Part shown: in pieces, positions 46,072 through 56,411 of the stretch
Numbering within the stretch: position 1 is the stretch's first letter
Layout: every line of letters starts with the position of its first letter
Assembly: GCA_004376375.1 (NCBI GenBank)
Contig: SOJX01000009.1
Span: 17,570 to 81,569 of the forward strand
DNA: 64,000 nucleotides
Source of the DNA: Planctomycetota bacterium
GTDB taxonomy: Bacteria > Planctomycetota > E44-bin39
Direction of reading: 5' to 3'
Translations under genes and position numbers: made by a program
Notes under the pieces: model-generated
What the model saw: the letters and a program-made list of their open reading frames with translations, nothing else
Told to the model about the DNA's origin: nothing
Databases searched by the model: none

Positions 46072-47343
46072 TCAAAGGTATTTCTCAATTCTTCTCAGTA
46101 TTTTTTTGAAATGTTTTTCGAACTGGAGATGCTCTTCGAATGTTTTATAAGCCATTTCAGAATATTGCTTGTAATTGCTTTCGATTTTCCGTAAAGCGCT
46201 TCCTATTTCGGATGCGGTCTCGACACTAACGCCACACCCCGTTTCTGTTACAAACTTCCCCAGTGTCGTCTTATTGTTCACTATTACAGGCAACCCTGAC
46301 CTTAAAGCATAAGAAGCTTTACCAGAAGACAAACCAATTACTCTCATATTAGTTAGTAAATGACGCGCATTGCCTGTGGGAGTTGGAAAAGCAATTATTA
46401 CATCAGCGCTCGAAACAAGCTTGTCATATTTCTGTCTGCTTGCAGGGTGTTGAGAAAAAACTACCTTTGGATTACCTGAAGCAAGTTTTTTAAGAAATTC
46501 CCAACGAATAAGCTTAGCCTCAGGCATTTTGTCATTGATTAATGTTGTATGAATAACCAATATCCAACCTGTTGGCCATAATTGAGTAGATGAAATGACA
46601 TCTTCAAGCGTAGTCCATTCCGCGAAGTCTCCTGGATGAAGTACAACTTTAATATTATCCTCTAAGCCAAATTCCTGATGCCAATATCTAGATTTCGATT
46701 TTTCCGCTAACATAAGAGGCGAGTTCGGAAGGTATTCAAGCTTATGCATAGGAATAAAGTTATCTTGCGCAAACAATTTTCCCCTATCTTTATCCTGGAT
46801 AATATTAAAAAAACTTCTTTTACTATAAACACGTTCCAGTTTTTTAAATACGGATTCTCTCGGGTTGAATAATTCATAGGACAATATAAGCTCAAGAGAC
46901 AAATAAATAAAAGGGATACCTAAAAATCGATATAGGATTGACGATTTATAGGCGATATGCTTCAAAAAGGGAATTCCTTCCGGTTCTACAACTATAAAAA
47001 AAGAATATGGGCGAGTAGTCCATATTTTATATAAACGATTTATTTCCGCGAATCCCCCGATAAAATTAAAAAGTTTCCTGATTGCTCGCTTAAATAGAAT
47101 CCAAAGGCGCGATATTTTCAAGTTGTTCTTTTTTAATCCGGCAGACTCCTCTATTATGTTAGTAATATCGATGAATCTTACGTTTCTAGATTCAAACTTA
47201 GGGGTTGTAGTATGAGGAGACAAAAATGAAAAGACGTCTATAGAATATCCGTTTCTTGTCATTAAATCAATTAACCCGTGCAGAGTTGGCACGGAATCCA
47301 AATAAGCGCTCCGGAAAATTAGGCAAACGGATTTTTTTTTCAT
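46072..47343 (-). CDS. putative GT-B-fold glycosyltransferase-like protein, paralog B
   Basis: 423 aa. Same architecture as 41526..42824. N-termini diverged; C-termini nearly identical. Confidence 0.45.
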   Translation of the reverse strand: MKKKSVCLIFRSAYLDSVPTLHGLIDLMTRNGYSIDVFSFLSPHTTTPKFESRNVRFIDITNIIEESAGLKKNNLKISRLWILFKRAIRKLFNFIGGFAEINRLYKIWTTRPYSFFIVVEPEGIPFLKHIAYKSSILYRFLGIPFIYLSLELILSYELFNPRESVFKKLERVYSKRSFFNIIQDKDRGKLFAQDNFIPMHKLEYLPNSPLMLAEKSKSRYWHQEFGLEDNIKVVLHPGDFAEWTTLEDVISSTQLWPTGWILVIHTTLINDKMPEAKLIRWEFLKKLASGNPKVVFSQHPASRQKYDKLVSSADVIIAFPTPTGNARHLLTNMRVIGLSSGKASYALRSGLPVIVNNKTTLGKFVTETGCGVSVETASEIGSALRKIESNYKQYSEMAYKTFEEHLQFEKHFKKILRRIEKYL

Positions 47344-47667
47344 TCAAAAAGATCCATAGCTACCCGCCGGCATGTACAACGGAGATCTGAATGAGTTACT
47401 CCTAATCCAGCAAATACTGTTTTATTATACTTGAAGTCAGGATATTTGTCCAGCTAGTGAAACGGATTACCCCCGAAGATCGTGAAACCATTGAAACCAT
47501 GAGACCTCTCGAGGTCAACCGTCAGGAGTTCAGTGGGGCGCTTGTTATTAAACTGGCCCGAGGAATCTCCCTGGCATCAGTTATTTATTCTGCTCTATGC
47601 TGTTTTACCGCGTAGTCAAATATAATCGACAAATAGAACGTAGTTGCATAAATTATATAATAATCTG

Positions 47668-47699
47668 GACGATAAGATTCCAAGACGATAAGATTCCAA
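47668..47699. repeat. perfect 16-bp tandem duplication GACGATAAGATTCCAA x2 in a divergent AT-rich promoter region
   Basis: Seen directly between the divergently transcribed genes at 47343 and 47803. Confidence 0.7.
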
Positions 47700-47802
47700 T
47701 ATCAATAGCCTCTAGATGCAGATAATCGGGAATGACTTAATAAACGCGCTTACTTCCACAGTATGGAAAAGTTGTACGTTATCCTGAAGAGAGATATTTC
47801 TG

Positions 47803-48708
47803 ATGACAGTGGGGTCTGCAGCTGTGAGTAATTTTGTCGAGAGCAATGGGAAAGACATGAGAAAACTTGAGTTAGCCATTGTAATGGGCATAACCGACAA
47901 TTGGGCCTTCGCTGTAGCGACTATTCTATTCGCCCTGCGGAAAGATGCGAAGAGAATCAATTTTGACGTCATCGTATTTCATGACGGCTTGTCCCGGCGC
48001 TCTAAGAACCTTTTATCTGGGATTCATCCTTGTATGTTTTTGGACTATGAACTCGATCTAATAGACGCTGACAAGTTTGCTCGTGTATCTAAGATGGCTT
48101 TTGCGCGTTACGAATGCTTTGCATTGCTTGAAAAGTATTGCCAGGTATTGTGGATTGATGCCGATGCGCTTCTCAAAAGCAGTATTTTACCACAGGTGAA
48201 TAGTGAAAACTCAGGCATATCAATGTATTGCCACAAGGATACACCTATTAGCGTAAGCTTTACGGATGTCGTTGCAGGTTATAACATGGAAAAAGAATGT
48301 TACAACGATGGCATATTGTTATTGTCCGATAAATTGCCGAAATACGAGCAGCTCAGGCAGTGGTGTTACGAAAAAACAAACGAATGGGCAACCAAAATAA
48401 GTTCAGACCAGGCGATAATCAACCTGATGCTCCAGGAATTCGATCTGGATGTTACGGAGCTCGATATCAAGTTCAACTGCCCTCCGGAGAAGGAAACCAA
48501 CAGTACGGTCATAATCCATCCCTGGGGAGAAAGAAAATTCTGGAACAGGCTTGTTCACCCTCTTTGGGACAAGTATTATTACAAGTGGAGAAAGATGGGG
48601 GGGGATGGTCCTGAAATCAAACGCGGGCGCCGATCGAGATACGTGAACCTGAGACTGGTGAAACACCGGCTCCGCCTTTTCTGGAAAGAATTCAAGTCTT
48701 CGGACTAA
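47803..48708 (+). CDS. putative GT8-like glycosyltransferase
   Basis: 301 aa. N-terminal ITDNWAFAVATILFAL, DxD-like WIDADALL, and general GT-A layout. A weak call. Confidence 0.4.
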   Translation: MTVGSAAVSNFVESNGKDMRKLELAIVMGITDNWAFAVATILFALRKDAKRINFDVIVFHDGLSRRSKNLLSGIHPCMFLDYELDLIDADKFARVSKMAFARYECFALLEKYCQVLWIDADALLKSSILPQVNSENSGISMYCHKDTPISVSFTDVVAGYNMEKECYNDGILLLSDKLPKYEQLRQWCYEKTNEWATKISSDQAIINLMLQEFDLDVTELDIKFNCPPEKETNSTVIIHPWGERKFWNRLVHPLWDKYYYKWRKMGGDGPEIKRGRRSRYVNLRLVKHRLRLFWKEFKSSD

Positions 48709-48733
48709 TTACCCGAGGGCCAAAGGCTCTGGT

Positions 48734-49630
48734 ATGACTGTAAATCAAACACGCTACGACTACTTCCTCATCTGGGGCAACGGCCTCAAGTATACAAGGA
48801 ATATTATTGATTTTATCCGCGGCAGGCCGGAGTTCGATATCCTGAAGATAATCCGGCATAAACCTGAGAGCATAGACGAATTTGTAAAGAGAGTATATGA
48901 AAACGATGCTGTTCCATGGCGTCACCTCGTCGCCAAAACGGAATACCTCCTCGAATCCGAGTCGGACGTGCTGGTTATTTTCGTTAAGAACCTTCAGCCG
49001 CGGGAGGAAATCGTAGGAGACGAGGATTTCCGCCACCCTCAATGCATGCTCATGAAAGAGATGAAGGATGAGATAAGGAATAAATATAACCCCCGCGTGG
49101 ACGGCCGCCGAACCGAGGAACACGTAATTCACGGCTCCGATTTCGAGTCTCAGACCAACCACATGCTGAAACTGCTTGGGTGCGAAGAAGGGCTGGAGTA
49201 TTTGGCAAAAGTTCCCAATCCCGTAATTGAAGTGCCGCACCATATCTTCACGTTTGACCGGTTCAGGATACGGTCCGTGAAGACTTCCGAAGTATACTGC
49301 AACATCCTCCGCGGAGATGCCGAAGAGTGGTCAAAAGACCGCCTGCCGATTAAGGAAACCCCCCACTACGGATATTTGAAGGGCGTTCGTGAACCTTACC
49401 GGCTCTATTGGAAAAAATTTGGGGGGAAACTGCTTCTCGACGACCATACCCCTGAGGGATTTGACCAGCTTGCAGGCGATTTCGACTACCTTATGCCGCC
49501 ATACGAGACTTCCTACATTCTTGTTGAAAAAAGCAGTCTGGGTGGTTATACAATACTTGACGGAGTACACAGGGCCAGTATATTGGCGGCATCAGGCGTG
49601 GAAATGTGGATCGCGGCAGTGGTAGGTTAA
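48734..49630 (+). CDS. hypothetical protein in glycan operon
   Basis: 298-aa ORF, co-directional with a 25-nt gap. No motif recognised. Confidence 0.45.
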   Translation: MTVNQTRYDYFLIWGNGLKYTRNIIDFIRGRPEFDILKIIRHKPESIDEFVKRVYENDAVPWRHLVAKTEYLLESESDVLVIFVKNLQPREEIVGDEDFRHPQCMLMKEMKDEIRNKYNPRVDGRRTEEHVIHGSDFESQTNHMLKLLGCEEGLEYLAKVPNPVIEVPHHIFTFDRFRIRSVKTSEVYCNILRGDAEEWSKDRLPIKETPHYGYLKGVREPYRLYWKKFGGKLLLDDHTPEGFDQLAGDFDYLMPPYETSYILVEKSSLGGYTILDGVHRASILAASGVEMWIAAVVG

Positions 49631-49631
49631 A

Positions 49632-50366
49632 ATGCCCCCCCTTGATCTTCATAACTTCTTTCTCGAGTTCCAAGATGAGGATTATGTAATCATTAAGTTT
49701 CCGAGCTGGTTCCCGGATTACAGCCCGGGCTCGGATATAGATATATTCTGCAAGGACGCGGGAAGCGTCGCACGCAAGATATTACGACTTGGCAACGCCT
49801 GTGTTGCTGACGGATTTGAAATAGAAGTAACTATCCAGGAAAGCGAGAGCCATACTTTCATTGACTTTTACAGTGGAGAGATATTAAATTTCAGGTTCGA
49901 CCTCTACCAGAAGATACCACGCTATGCGAAGCTAAGAATAAAAAGTACGTATTTCGACAGCATCCTCAAAAATCGGAAGCCACGGGGAGCCGGACATGCT
50001 AGAGCGGACTATCCGTTGTATGTGCCGGACCAGTCGGATGACCTTGTGCTCAGATATATTGAGTACTACGAATGGCGCCACCGCCGGCCCGAGAAGATCA
50101 GGCATCTTGAATACGTGCGCAGGGCAGTATCAGATAACCAAGTCAGGCAGAGATTCGTTGAACGACTGAACGAATTCGTATCACGCATCCCGAGGAAAGA
50201 GCTGCGAAAACATACGAGGCTGTCCGCGGGCCTGAGGAAAATCGTGCGCAGACTTAAAAGAGCGATAAAGCACAGTGGTCTTCTGCCCGGCTTCCTGATA
50301 CGCTCACATTTAGCTGGACGGGCCTATGGAATATTTGTAACATCTATCCGTAAGGTTCTCGGCTGA
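49632..50366 (+). CDS. hypothetical protein in glycan operon
   Basis: 244-aa ORF starting 2 nt after the previous stop. Basic C-terminus. Confidence 0.45.
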   Translation: MPPLDLHNFFLEFQDEDYVIIKFPSWFPDYSPGSDIDIFCKDAGSVARKILRLGNACVADGFEIEVTIQESESHTFIDFYSGEILNFRFDLYQKIPRYAKLRIKSTYFDSILKNRKPRGAGHARADYPLYVPDQSDDLVLRYIEYYEWRHRRPEKIRHLEYVRRAVSDNQVRQRFVERLNEFVSRIPRKELRKHTRLSAGLRKIVRRLKRAIKHSGLLPGFLIRSHLAGRAYGIFVTSIRKVLG

Positions 50367-50398
50367 TATCCCTGAATGTATTTTATGAAAGCACTCCC

Positions 50399-51559
50399 GT
50401 GAGGCTTTTTTACGCATCGGAAAGCTCGGCGAACGCCGCTCTTGGGTGGTCGAGCGTCTGGTATAACAATTTATACCTTTCGCTTGCAGACCTTGGCATT
50501 GAAATCGTGGATTTCGATTTTGACCTCGAGCCATTTTCCGTCCACATGGACCCCGCTTTCCCTGAAAATGAAGAGTTTATAGAAAAAAACCGGCCGCGGC
50601 TGGAAGAGAAGTTGCTGGAACAGATTCGGGCCTCGCATGAGAAAAAACCCATCGATGTCTTCTTCAGCTACTTTTACGGGGCGCACTGCAGACCAGAGGT
50701 CATAAGACAGGTAAGCGATATGGGCATTTGTACCGTCAACTGGTACTGCAATGCATCATACCAGTTTCACCTCGTCAAAGAGATTGCTCCCGCGTACGAC
50801 TACTGCCTCGTGCCCGAGAAATTCCGGCTCGACGATTACCGGGCGGTCGGCGCGAACCCTCTTTATGTGCAGGAGGCCGCGAATCCGAATATTTACAAAC
50901 CGTACGACCTCGAGCGCGAATATGATGTTACGTTCGTGGGCCAGAAGTACGGCAACCGGGAAGAATACCTGAACGATATCTGCAAAGCCGGTGTAAGGGT
51001 AAATGTCTGGGGCCCGGGGTGGAAACCCGCGGGAAAACAGGGGCCGCAGGCCTCGTTTCTAAAAAAAACCGCCCGGACGCTAAAAGGAGGCAGACTGCTG
51101 GACGCCGCGAAGCGACGAATACGGAATATCTTTGGGAGCAGGAAGCAGGAAAGTGATTCCCGCCTGCCACCGGAGGCGCTTGGAGGGCCGCTCTCGGATG
51201 AAGAAATGATAAAAATGTATTCGCGCAGCAGGATAAGCCTCGGCTTTTCCGCCTGCGGCGAAACGCATAAAACAGACAACCCAATACTTCAGGTGCGGCT
51301 GAGGGATTTCGAGGCGCCGATGAGCGGCGCTTTTTACATGGTCGAATATATGCATGAGCTGGAAGAGTTTTTTGATATCGGCAAAGAAATAGTCTGCTAC
51401 CATGATGGAAACGACCTTGCTGAAAAGGCGAAGTATTATCTTTCGCACGAAAGTGAAAGGGAAAAAATCAGACAAGCGGGATATAGACGCGCCGTAAATG
51501 AGCACACATGGCAAAAAAGATTCAGCGAGGCATTTAAAAAAATGGGTATAGCTATATAG
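50399..51559 (+). CDS. CgeB-like glycosyltransferase family protein
   Basis: 386 aa. C-terminal RDFEAPMSGAFYMVEY...YYLSHESEREKIRQAGYRRAVNEHTWQKRF resembles CgeB / GT1-like C-terminal domains. Confidence 0.5.
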   Translation: MRLFYASESSANAALGWSSVWYNNLYLSLADLGIEIVDFDFDLEPFSVHMDPAFPENEEFIEKNRPRLEEKLLEQIRASHEKKPIDVFFSYFYGAHCRPEVIRQVSDMGICTVNWYCNASYQFHLVKEIAPAYDYCLVPEKFRLDDYRAVGANPLYVQEAANPNIYKPYDLEREYDVTFVGQKYGNREEYLNDICKAGVRVNVWGPGWKPAGKQGPQASFLKKTARTLKGGRLLDAAKRRIRNIFGSRKQESDSRLPPEALGGPLSDEEMIKMYSRSRISLGFSACGETHKTDNPILQVRLRDFEAPMSGAFYMVEYMHELEEFFDIGKEIVCYHDGNDLAEKAKYYLSHESEREKIRQAGYRRAVNEHTWQKRFSEAFKKMGIAI

Positions 51560-51576
51560 AGTCATCACGAGTTCAT

Positions 51577-52413
51577 TTGGAGGGACAGATGCTGCGAAGG
51601 TTGATTAGGCGATATATAGGGCGTATTGCACGACGACAAGCCCCTCAAGATTTTTTTGAGGAACTCCAATTGCTTGCGCTAAAAGGTTTGAATATAGGAG
51701 AAGCCTTTTCAATACACAACAGTGGTGAATTTAATGATAAAATTGTTAACCTCCTGCGGGAAAGCAGATCTAACATTATTTTCGATGTTGGAGCCAATGT
51801 TGGCGAGTATTCTCGCCAAATGCACCTTATAACAGGTGGCAAATATAAAATTTATGCCTTTGAACCTGCAGCGGAAACTTTTATTAAACTTTCTGAAAAC
51901 CTTAAAAATATAAATGTCCATTTGTATAATATTGGATTCGGGCTGAATGATGAAAAGCTGACTCTCTATTCTGACAATCCGACCTCTGGCCTTGCATCGC
52001 TTTATAACAGAAGGCTCAACCATTTTGGGATTTCGATGAAGCATCCACAGGAAGTTCAAATCAGGAGGCTCGATGGTTTTTGCTCTGAAATGGGAATTGA
52101 TCATATAGGATTCCTGAAATTGGATGTAGAGGGGCATGAGTTGGCCGTTCTCCGGGGCAGCTCCAGCTTGCTTAAAAACAACAAGATTGATTTAATCCAA
52201 TTTGAATTTGGAGGCTGCAATATTGATTCAAGAACATTCTTCCAGGATTTTTTCTATTTGCTTGACTCTAATTATGAAATATTCAGGATTACCAGAAACG
52301 GCCTTCAATACATTCGCAAATACAAGGAAACACATGAGGTTTTCATAACCACCAACTATCTGGCAGTTACACGAGACATGGCGGACAAGAGTGACATTAA
52401 ATGTAATATATAA
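51577..52413 (+). CDS. FkbM-family methyltransferase
   Basis: 278 aa. IFDVGANVGEYS and KIYAFEP motifs are typical of FkbM-domain methyltransferases. Confidence 0.6.
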   Translation: MEGQMLRRLIRRYIGRIARRQAPQDFFEELQLLALKGLNIGEAFSIHNSGEFNDKIVNLLRESRSNIIFDVGANVGEYSRQMHLITGGKYKIYAFEPAAETFIKLSENLKNINVHLYNIGFGLNDEKLTLYSDNPTSGLASLYNRRLNHFGISMKHPQEVQIRRLDGFCSEMGIDHIGFLKLDVEGHELAVLRGSSSLLKNNKIDLIQFEFGGCNIDSRTFFQDFFYLLDSNYEIFRITRNGLQYIRKYKETHEVFITTNYLAVTRDMADKSDIKCNI

Positions 52414-52659
52414 ATCGGTTGATACGACGTTTAACCACCGTTGGGGATTTCCTACAAAGCTACTCTTTTCAGAATTTAAAAAGGCGAAATAGTCAGGACA
52501 ACTTAAACTGACATTCACAAAATATCAGGAGGTTGACCGAGTTGAGCCCTGTAAAGCTCAAGCAAGACAAGGCCGGCCAACGAAAGGAAAAATGTCAGCA
52601 TCCTGCTCTCAGGCAGACGGTAATTCAACTTTTCTAAATCAAGTTCTGGACAGAAATAT

Positions 52660-53610
52660 TTGGCAATGAAACCTGAAACCGCCGACATTTCGGTAATCAT
52701 CCCGGCATATAATGCAGAAAAGCATATCTCAAGGGCGCTGAACAGCATTGCCCTTCAAACGCGGGTACCCGACGAAGTTATTGTAGTTGATGATGGATCA
52801 AGTGACGGTACTGCAGATGCTGTCCGGTGTTGGGCGCGCGAAACCGGCATCACGACAAAATTGCTGTGCCAACGCAACAAGGGCGCCGCAGCCGCGCGCA
52901 ATGCGGGTATTTCCGTCGCCGGCGGAAGATACATTGCCTTCCTTGATGCGGATGATTCCTGGCGTCCCGAGAAATTAGCGCGCCAGGCGGAATTTATGAA
53001 CAGCCATCCCGAGTGTGATATTCTGTTTTCCGATTTTGAATTCTTCGATGAGTCTGGTGCAAGCCGCAGCTATCACGATACGGTTGTTTCTCCCGCGCGC
53101 GGCGATATATTCCTCCCGCTTTATACTACGGATTGCTTCTGTTGGAGCAGCACCGTGTTTGCCCGCCGACGTGTTTTTGATAATAGTTTTCGCTTTGATA
53201 CGCGATATACCGTTGCCGAGGACTACGACCTTTGGCTGCGATTGAGCCTCCATTACCGTTTTGACTATCTTCCAGACATTCTTGCCAGATATCACTGGGT
53301 ATCGGACAGCCTGTCCCGGCGTACTGCAACAATTTTTATTGCACAAGCTTCCGTTTTCCGCCGCATCGCCGATCTGGCCGGGGCGCGGTTGTCAAGTAGT
53401 GTAATAGCGAAACGGCTTCGGAAATCTTATACAAGAGCGTTCACATCATTATGGCAATCCAAATGTAAAGTTGGCGCTTTAGCCTACTTCATCCGCGTGC
53501 TCACGATAGACGGTTGGCAGTTGCGTATTTCGCTACCGTTTTCTCGGTACGTATTCGTAACCATCGTCAGGAGCATTATCGGTGGGAGGAAACATACGCG
53601 GAATAAGTGA
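52660..53610 (+). CDS. family 2 glycosyltransferase
   Basis: 316 aa. ISVIIPAYNAEKHI, VIVVDDGSSDGT, FLDADD (DxD) indicate a GT-A fold. Confidence 0.75.
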   Translation: MAMKPETADISVIIPAYNAEKHISRALNSIALQTRVPDEVIVVDDGSSDGTADAVRCWARETGITTKLLCQRNKGAAAARNAGISVAGGRYIAFLDADDSWRPEKLARQAEFMNSHPECDILFSDFEFFDESGASRSYHDTVVSPARGDIFLPLYTTDCFCWSSTVFARRRVFDNSFRFDTRYTVAEDYDLWLRLSLHYRFDYLPDILARYHWVSDSLSRRTATIFIAQASVFRRIADLAGARLSSSVIAKRLRKSYTRAFTSLWQSKCKVGALAYFIRVLTIDGWQLRISLPFSRYVFVTIVRSIIGGRKHTRNK

Positions 53611-53680
53611 TCATGCCCTTATATTGATATGCGCAGGAGGGTTTATTCCTGCGATTCTAATATTTATACATATGCCTCGA

Positions 53681-53950
53681 TCACATCGGGATCGTTAACG
53701 GATCAATTGGCAGGTCAAATCTGGTAAAGGGTAAATCTGTTCTGAATATATCTCGATCCTCCCGAAACTTATCCCAATAATTGTCATATTCACTATAGGA
53801 TGGCTTAGGGGTTCTTTTGTTCTTGTTGAAAAAATATCTGGTAAACAATTTCGGCAACACAAAAAATGCTCTTACGTATATCTGTCTGAGATTGTGTAAT
53901 ATTTCATATTCTAGCTGCTTCTTAGCCAGTCTATCCCTGGAGTTCATAGC
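53681..53950 (-). CDS. small Lys-rich hypothetical ORF starting 4 nt after the ABC ATPase stop
   Basis: 89 aa from the internal Met of the 173-aa ORF-track entry. No RBS evaluated. Low confidence. Confidence 0.2.
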   Translation of the reverse strand, partial: AMNSRDRLAKKQLEYEILHNLRQIYVRAFFVLPKLFTRYFFNKNKRTPKPSYSEYDNYWDKFREDRDIFRTDLPFTRFDLPIDPLTIPM

Positions 53951-53951
53951 T

Positions 53952-55223
53952 TTAGTCTTCCTTGATGGGAACGGGCATCTTGGCTTCCATGGGCACACCA
54001 AGCGGTCCGCCTCCGGCACTAAAAAAACGAGCGGCTTGTCCCCAGTATCCAGCAGTGCTGATTTCAAAAGGACACAGGGATGGGTGGTGAAAATACTGAC
54101 TGCCTGTTCCGGCCCCCAGCGCGAGCAGATAGTTTCTCGGCTTAAGCACGTTTGCCGGAGCGATGCATTCATAGACCCAGGTTCCTGCAAGACGTTTTTC
54201 ATAGAGTTCCGGAAAAAGATCCAAATCGCTCATGCCCCACAAGGATTGGCCTAACGCATCCGTAATATTTGTTACAACCGAAAGGCCGCTAATGTCCTTT
54301 TCTATACGATAGGTGATTCGAAATTTGATTGGTTCATCTGCCCTGAAAACACTTGTTGGTTCATCTTTGCTATTAAGCATCTCCAGCCGCAGGAATTGAA
54401 CTGCATGCTCCGCACCATCGTCGAACGTATATGCACCCGATTTAACCCCCATACCCATAAATAAATACTTCTCACAAATTGACTCCGAGTCACCGATTTT
54501 ATTAACTTTTCCTTCTTCAAGCCAGATCGTTTTCGGGCAAAGCCTTGTTATTGCGGACATGTTATGACTCACAAAAAGAATAGTCCTGCCTTCTTCGGCA
54601 ACAGAGTCCATTCTCCCCAAACACTTTTTCTGAAACTCCACATCACCAACGGCAAGAACTTCGTCAATAAGCAATATTTCCGGCTGCAGGTGTGCGGCAA
54701 CCGCGAACGCGAGCCGAACGTACATACCGCTCGAATAGCGCTTGACCGGCGTGTCGATGAACTTCTCGATGCCGCTGAAATCCACTATCTCGTCGAAATT
54801 TGCCTTGATCTCTGCTCGCTTCATGCCGAGTATCGCGCCGTTGAGAAATATATTCTCCCTGCCCGTTAGCTCGGGGTGGAAACCGGTACCCACTTCGAGC
54901 AGGCTAGCCACTCGACCATTTATTTCCGCGCGCCCTTTCGTCGGCTCGGTTATGCGGGATAGTATCTTGAGGAGTGTGCTTTTCCCGGAGCCATTTTTTC
55001 CTATTATGCCGAGAATCTCGCCGCGCTTCATCTCGAACGATACATCCTTCAGCGCCCATATCGTGTCCTTGGCGTCTTCATCGAGCAGGCTCTTGCCGGT
55101 AAGCCGCCTGAAGCGGGAAAATAACCAGTCCGAGGCCATTTCACGGAATGAATCGTGTTTTTTCCGCATACCGATCCGGTACACTTTGGAAAGGTCTTCG
55201 ACTTTAATAACGATGTCCGACAA
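53952..55223 (-). CDS. polysaccharide-export ABC transporter ATP-binding protein (Wzt/KpsT/TagH-like) with C-terminal extension
   Basis: 423 aa. Walker A GKNGSGKSTLLK, signature YSSGMYVRLAFA, Walker B LLIDEVLAVGD, H-loop SHNM. Extra C-terminal domain of about 150 aa, as in O-antigen-binding Wzt. Confidence 0.85.
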   Translation of the reverse strand: MSDIVIKVEDLSKVYRIGMRKKHDSFREMASDWLFSRFRRLTGKSLLDEDAKDTIWALKDVSFEMKRGEILGIIGKNGSGKSTLLKILSRITEPTKGRAEINGRVASLLEVGTGFHPELTGRENIFLNGAILGMKRAEIKANFDEIVDFSGIEKFIDTPVKRYSSGMYVRLAFAVAAHLQPEILLIDEVLAVGDVEFQKKCLGRMDSVAEEGRTILFVSHNMSAITRLCPKTIWLEEGKVNKIGDSESICEKYLFMGMGVKSGAYTFDDGAEHAVQFLRLEMLNSKDEPTSVFRADEPIKFRITYRIEKDISGLSVVTNITDALGQSLWGMSDLDLFPELYEKRLAGTWVYECIAPANVLKPRNYLLALGAGTGSQYFHHPSLCPFEISTAGYWGQAARFFSAGGGPLGVPMEAKMPVPIKED

Positions 55224-55243
55224 ACGATACCTCGGAAATGAGA

Positions 55244-56260
55244 TTAAATAACGTCCGCGAAAGTCCGTTCAACCTTCATGAAGTACTTGTACCCGGCAAC
55301 CATCATGACGAGCGTGAAGGCCAAAGTGATGAGAAGCGGGATGGCCGGGAACTTTCCTCCCACCAGCGACCAGCGGAATCCTTCCATCATCCCGACAAAC
55401 GGGTTGCATGCGACAAGCAGGCGGTACTTCTCAGGAATTTTGGCAAGCGGCCACCACACGGCGCTGGCGTGCATACCCATCGACATAAGGTAGCCGAGTA
55501 TAACGTTTGCGTCACGATAACGCACGTTTACCGCTCCGAAAAAAAGCCCAATGCTTACCGCCAAAATAAAACTTAAAACGACAAATGGTGCAAACAAAAG
55601 TATCTGCCAGCCGGGGTTAATACCGGATGCCGGCAGGAAAGCTCCATATATTAAGAATGCAATGACGATGAGCATTCCGATAGCGAAATCGACCAGTCCC
55701 GCCAGTGCAGACGCCAACGGAATTATGATTCGGGGGAAATACACTTTTGTAATCAAGGCGCTGCTTCCGGTAAGGCTGCTGCTCGCCCTGCTGAGCGACT
55801 TGGAAAAAAACGCCCAGGGAACCATGCCGCAGAGAACAATTATGAAAACTTCTGGACCCTTTTCAGTGCCGGTGTCCCTTCCGAGCATCAGACGGATAAG
55901 TGTGAAAAGCCCGGCCGACATGAGGGGCGTTACAATGATCCATAAGACCCCGAATATTGTCTGCTTGTACCTTACCGATATGTCACGCCAGAAGAGAAAA
56001 AAGAAAAGCTCCTTGTAGCGTCGGGCTTCGGATAATGTGCTGAGCAGGCCGAGCCCACCGGGCTTAATTTCGGTTTTTTGGGAAACCGAATTATGGAGAT
56101 TTTTCGGGGTCAACTGGTCCAAACCGAGCGGCCTTTCACGTAGAGAAGCTCTTTCCAGACATTTCAACCGAGATTTCCCAGACAGAATTCCCCGCGACCG
56201 CCGCGATGTAATTTTATTGTATTTTACCTCTGCTTGCAGGCACTCAGCAAGTAAAATCAA
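55244..56260 (-). CDS. ABC-2 type polysaccharide export permease (Wzm-like); true start probably downstream of the annotated Met
   Basis: Six or more hydrophobic helices. KELFFFLFWRDISVRYKQTIFGVLW fits the ABC-2 N-terminal motif. The first 80 or so residues look non-native. Confidence 0.7.
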   Translation of the reverse strand: MILLAECLQAEVKYNKITSRRSRGILSGKSRLKCLERASLRERPLGLDQLTPKNLHNSVSQKTEIKPGGLGLLSTLSEARRYKELFFFLFWRDISVRYKQTIFGVLWIIVTPLMSAGLFTLIRLMLGRDTGTEKGPEVFIIVLCGMVPWAFFSKSLSRASSSLTGSSALITKVYFPRIIIPLASALAGLVDFAIGMLIVIAFLIYGAFLPASGINPGWQILLFAPFVVLSFILAVSIGLFFGAVNVRYRDANVILGYLMSMGMHASAVWWPLAKIPEKYRLLVACNPFVGMMEGFRWSLVGGKFPAIPLLITLAFTLVMMVAGYKYFMKVERTFADVI

Positions 56261-56411
56261 AGCCGAAATGCCGTTTCTGGCTCCAAGCCGCTTCGAATTT
56301 CCCCTGTTGAGCCGTCATAACCTCTTTTTCAGCAAGCTCATTACATACAGTCTCTGCCGATCCCGAATATTGAACAAGGTTTTACCTTCTCTTTTCGTCA
56401 ACCTGTTTCCG

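Noticed and set aside
53681-54202. 173-aa ORF overlapping the 3' 250 bp of the ABC ATPase gene
   Set aside because: The overlap with a confidently called gene makes the long version implausible. Only the non-overlapping 89-aa tail is kept, as a low-confidence feature.
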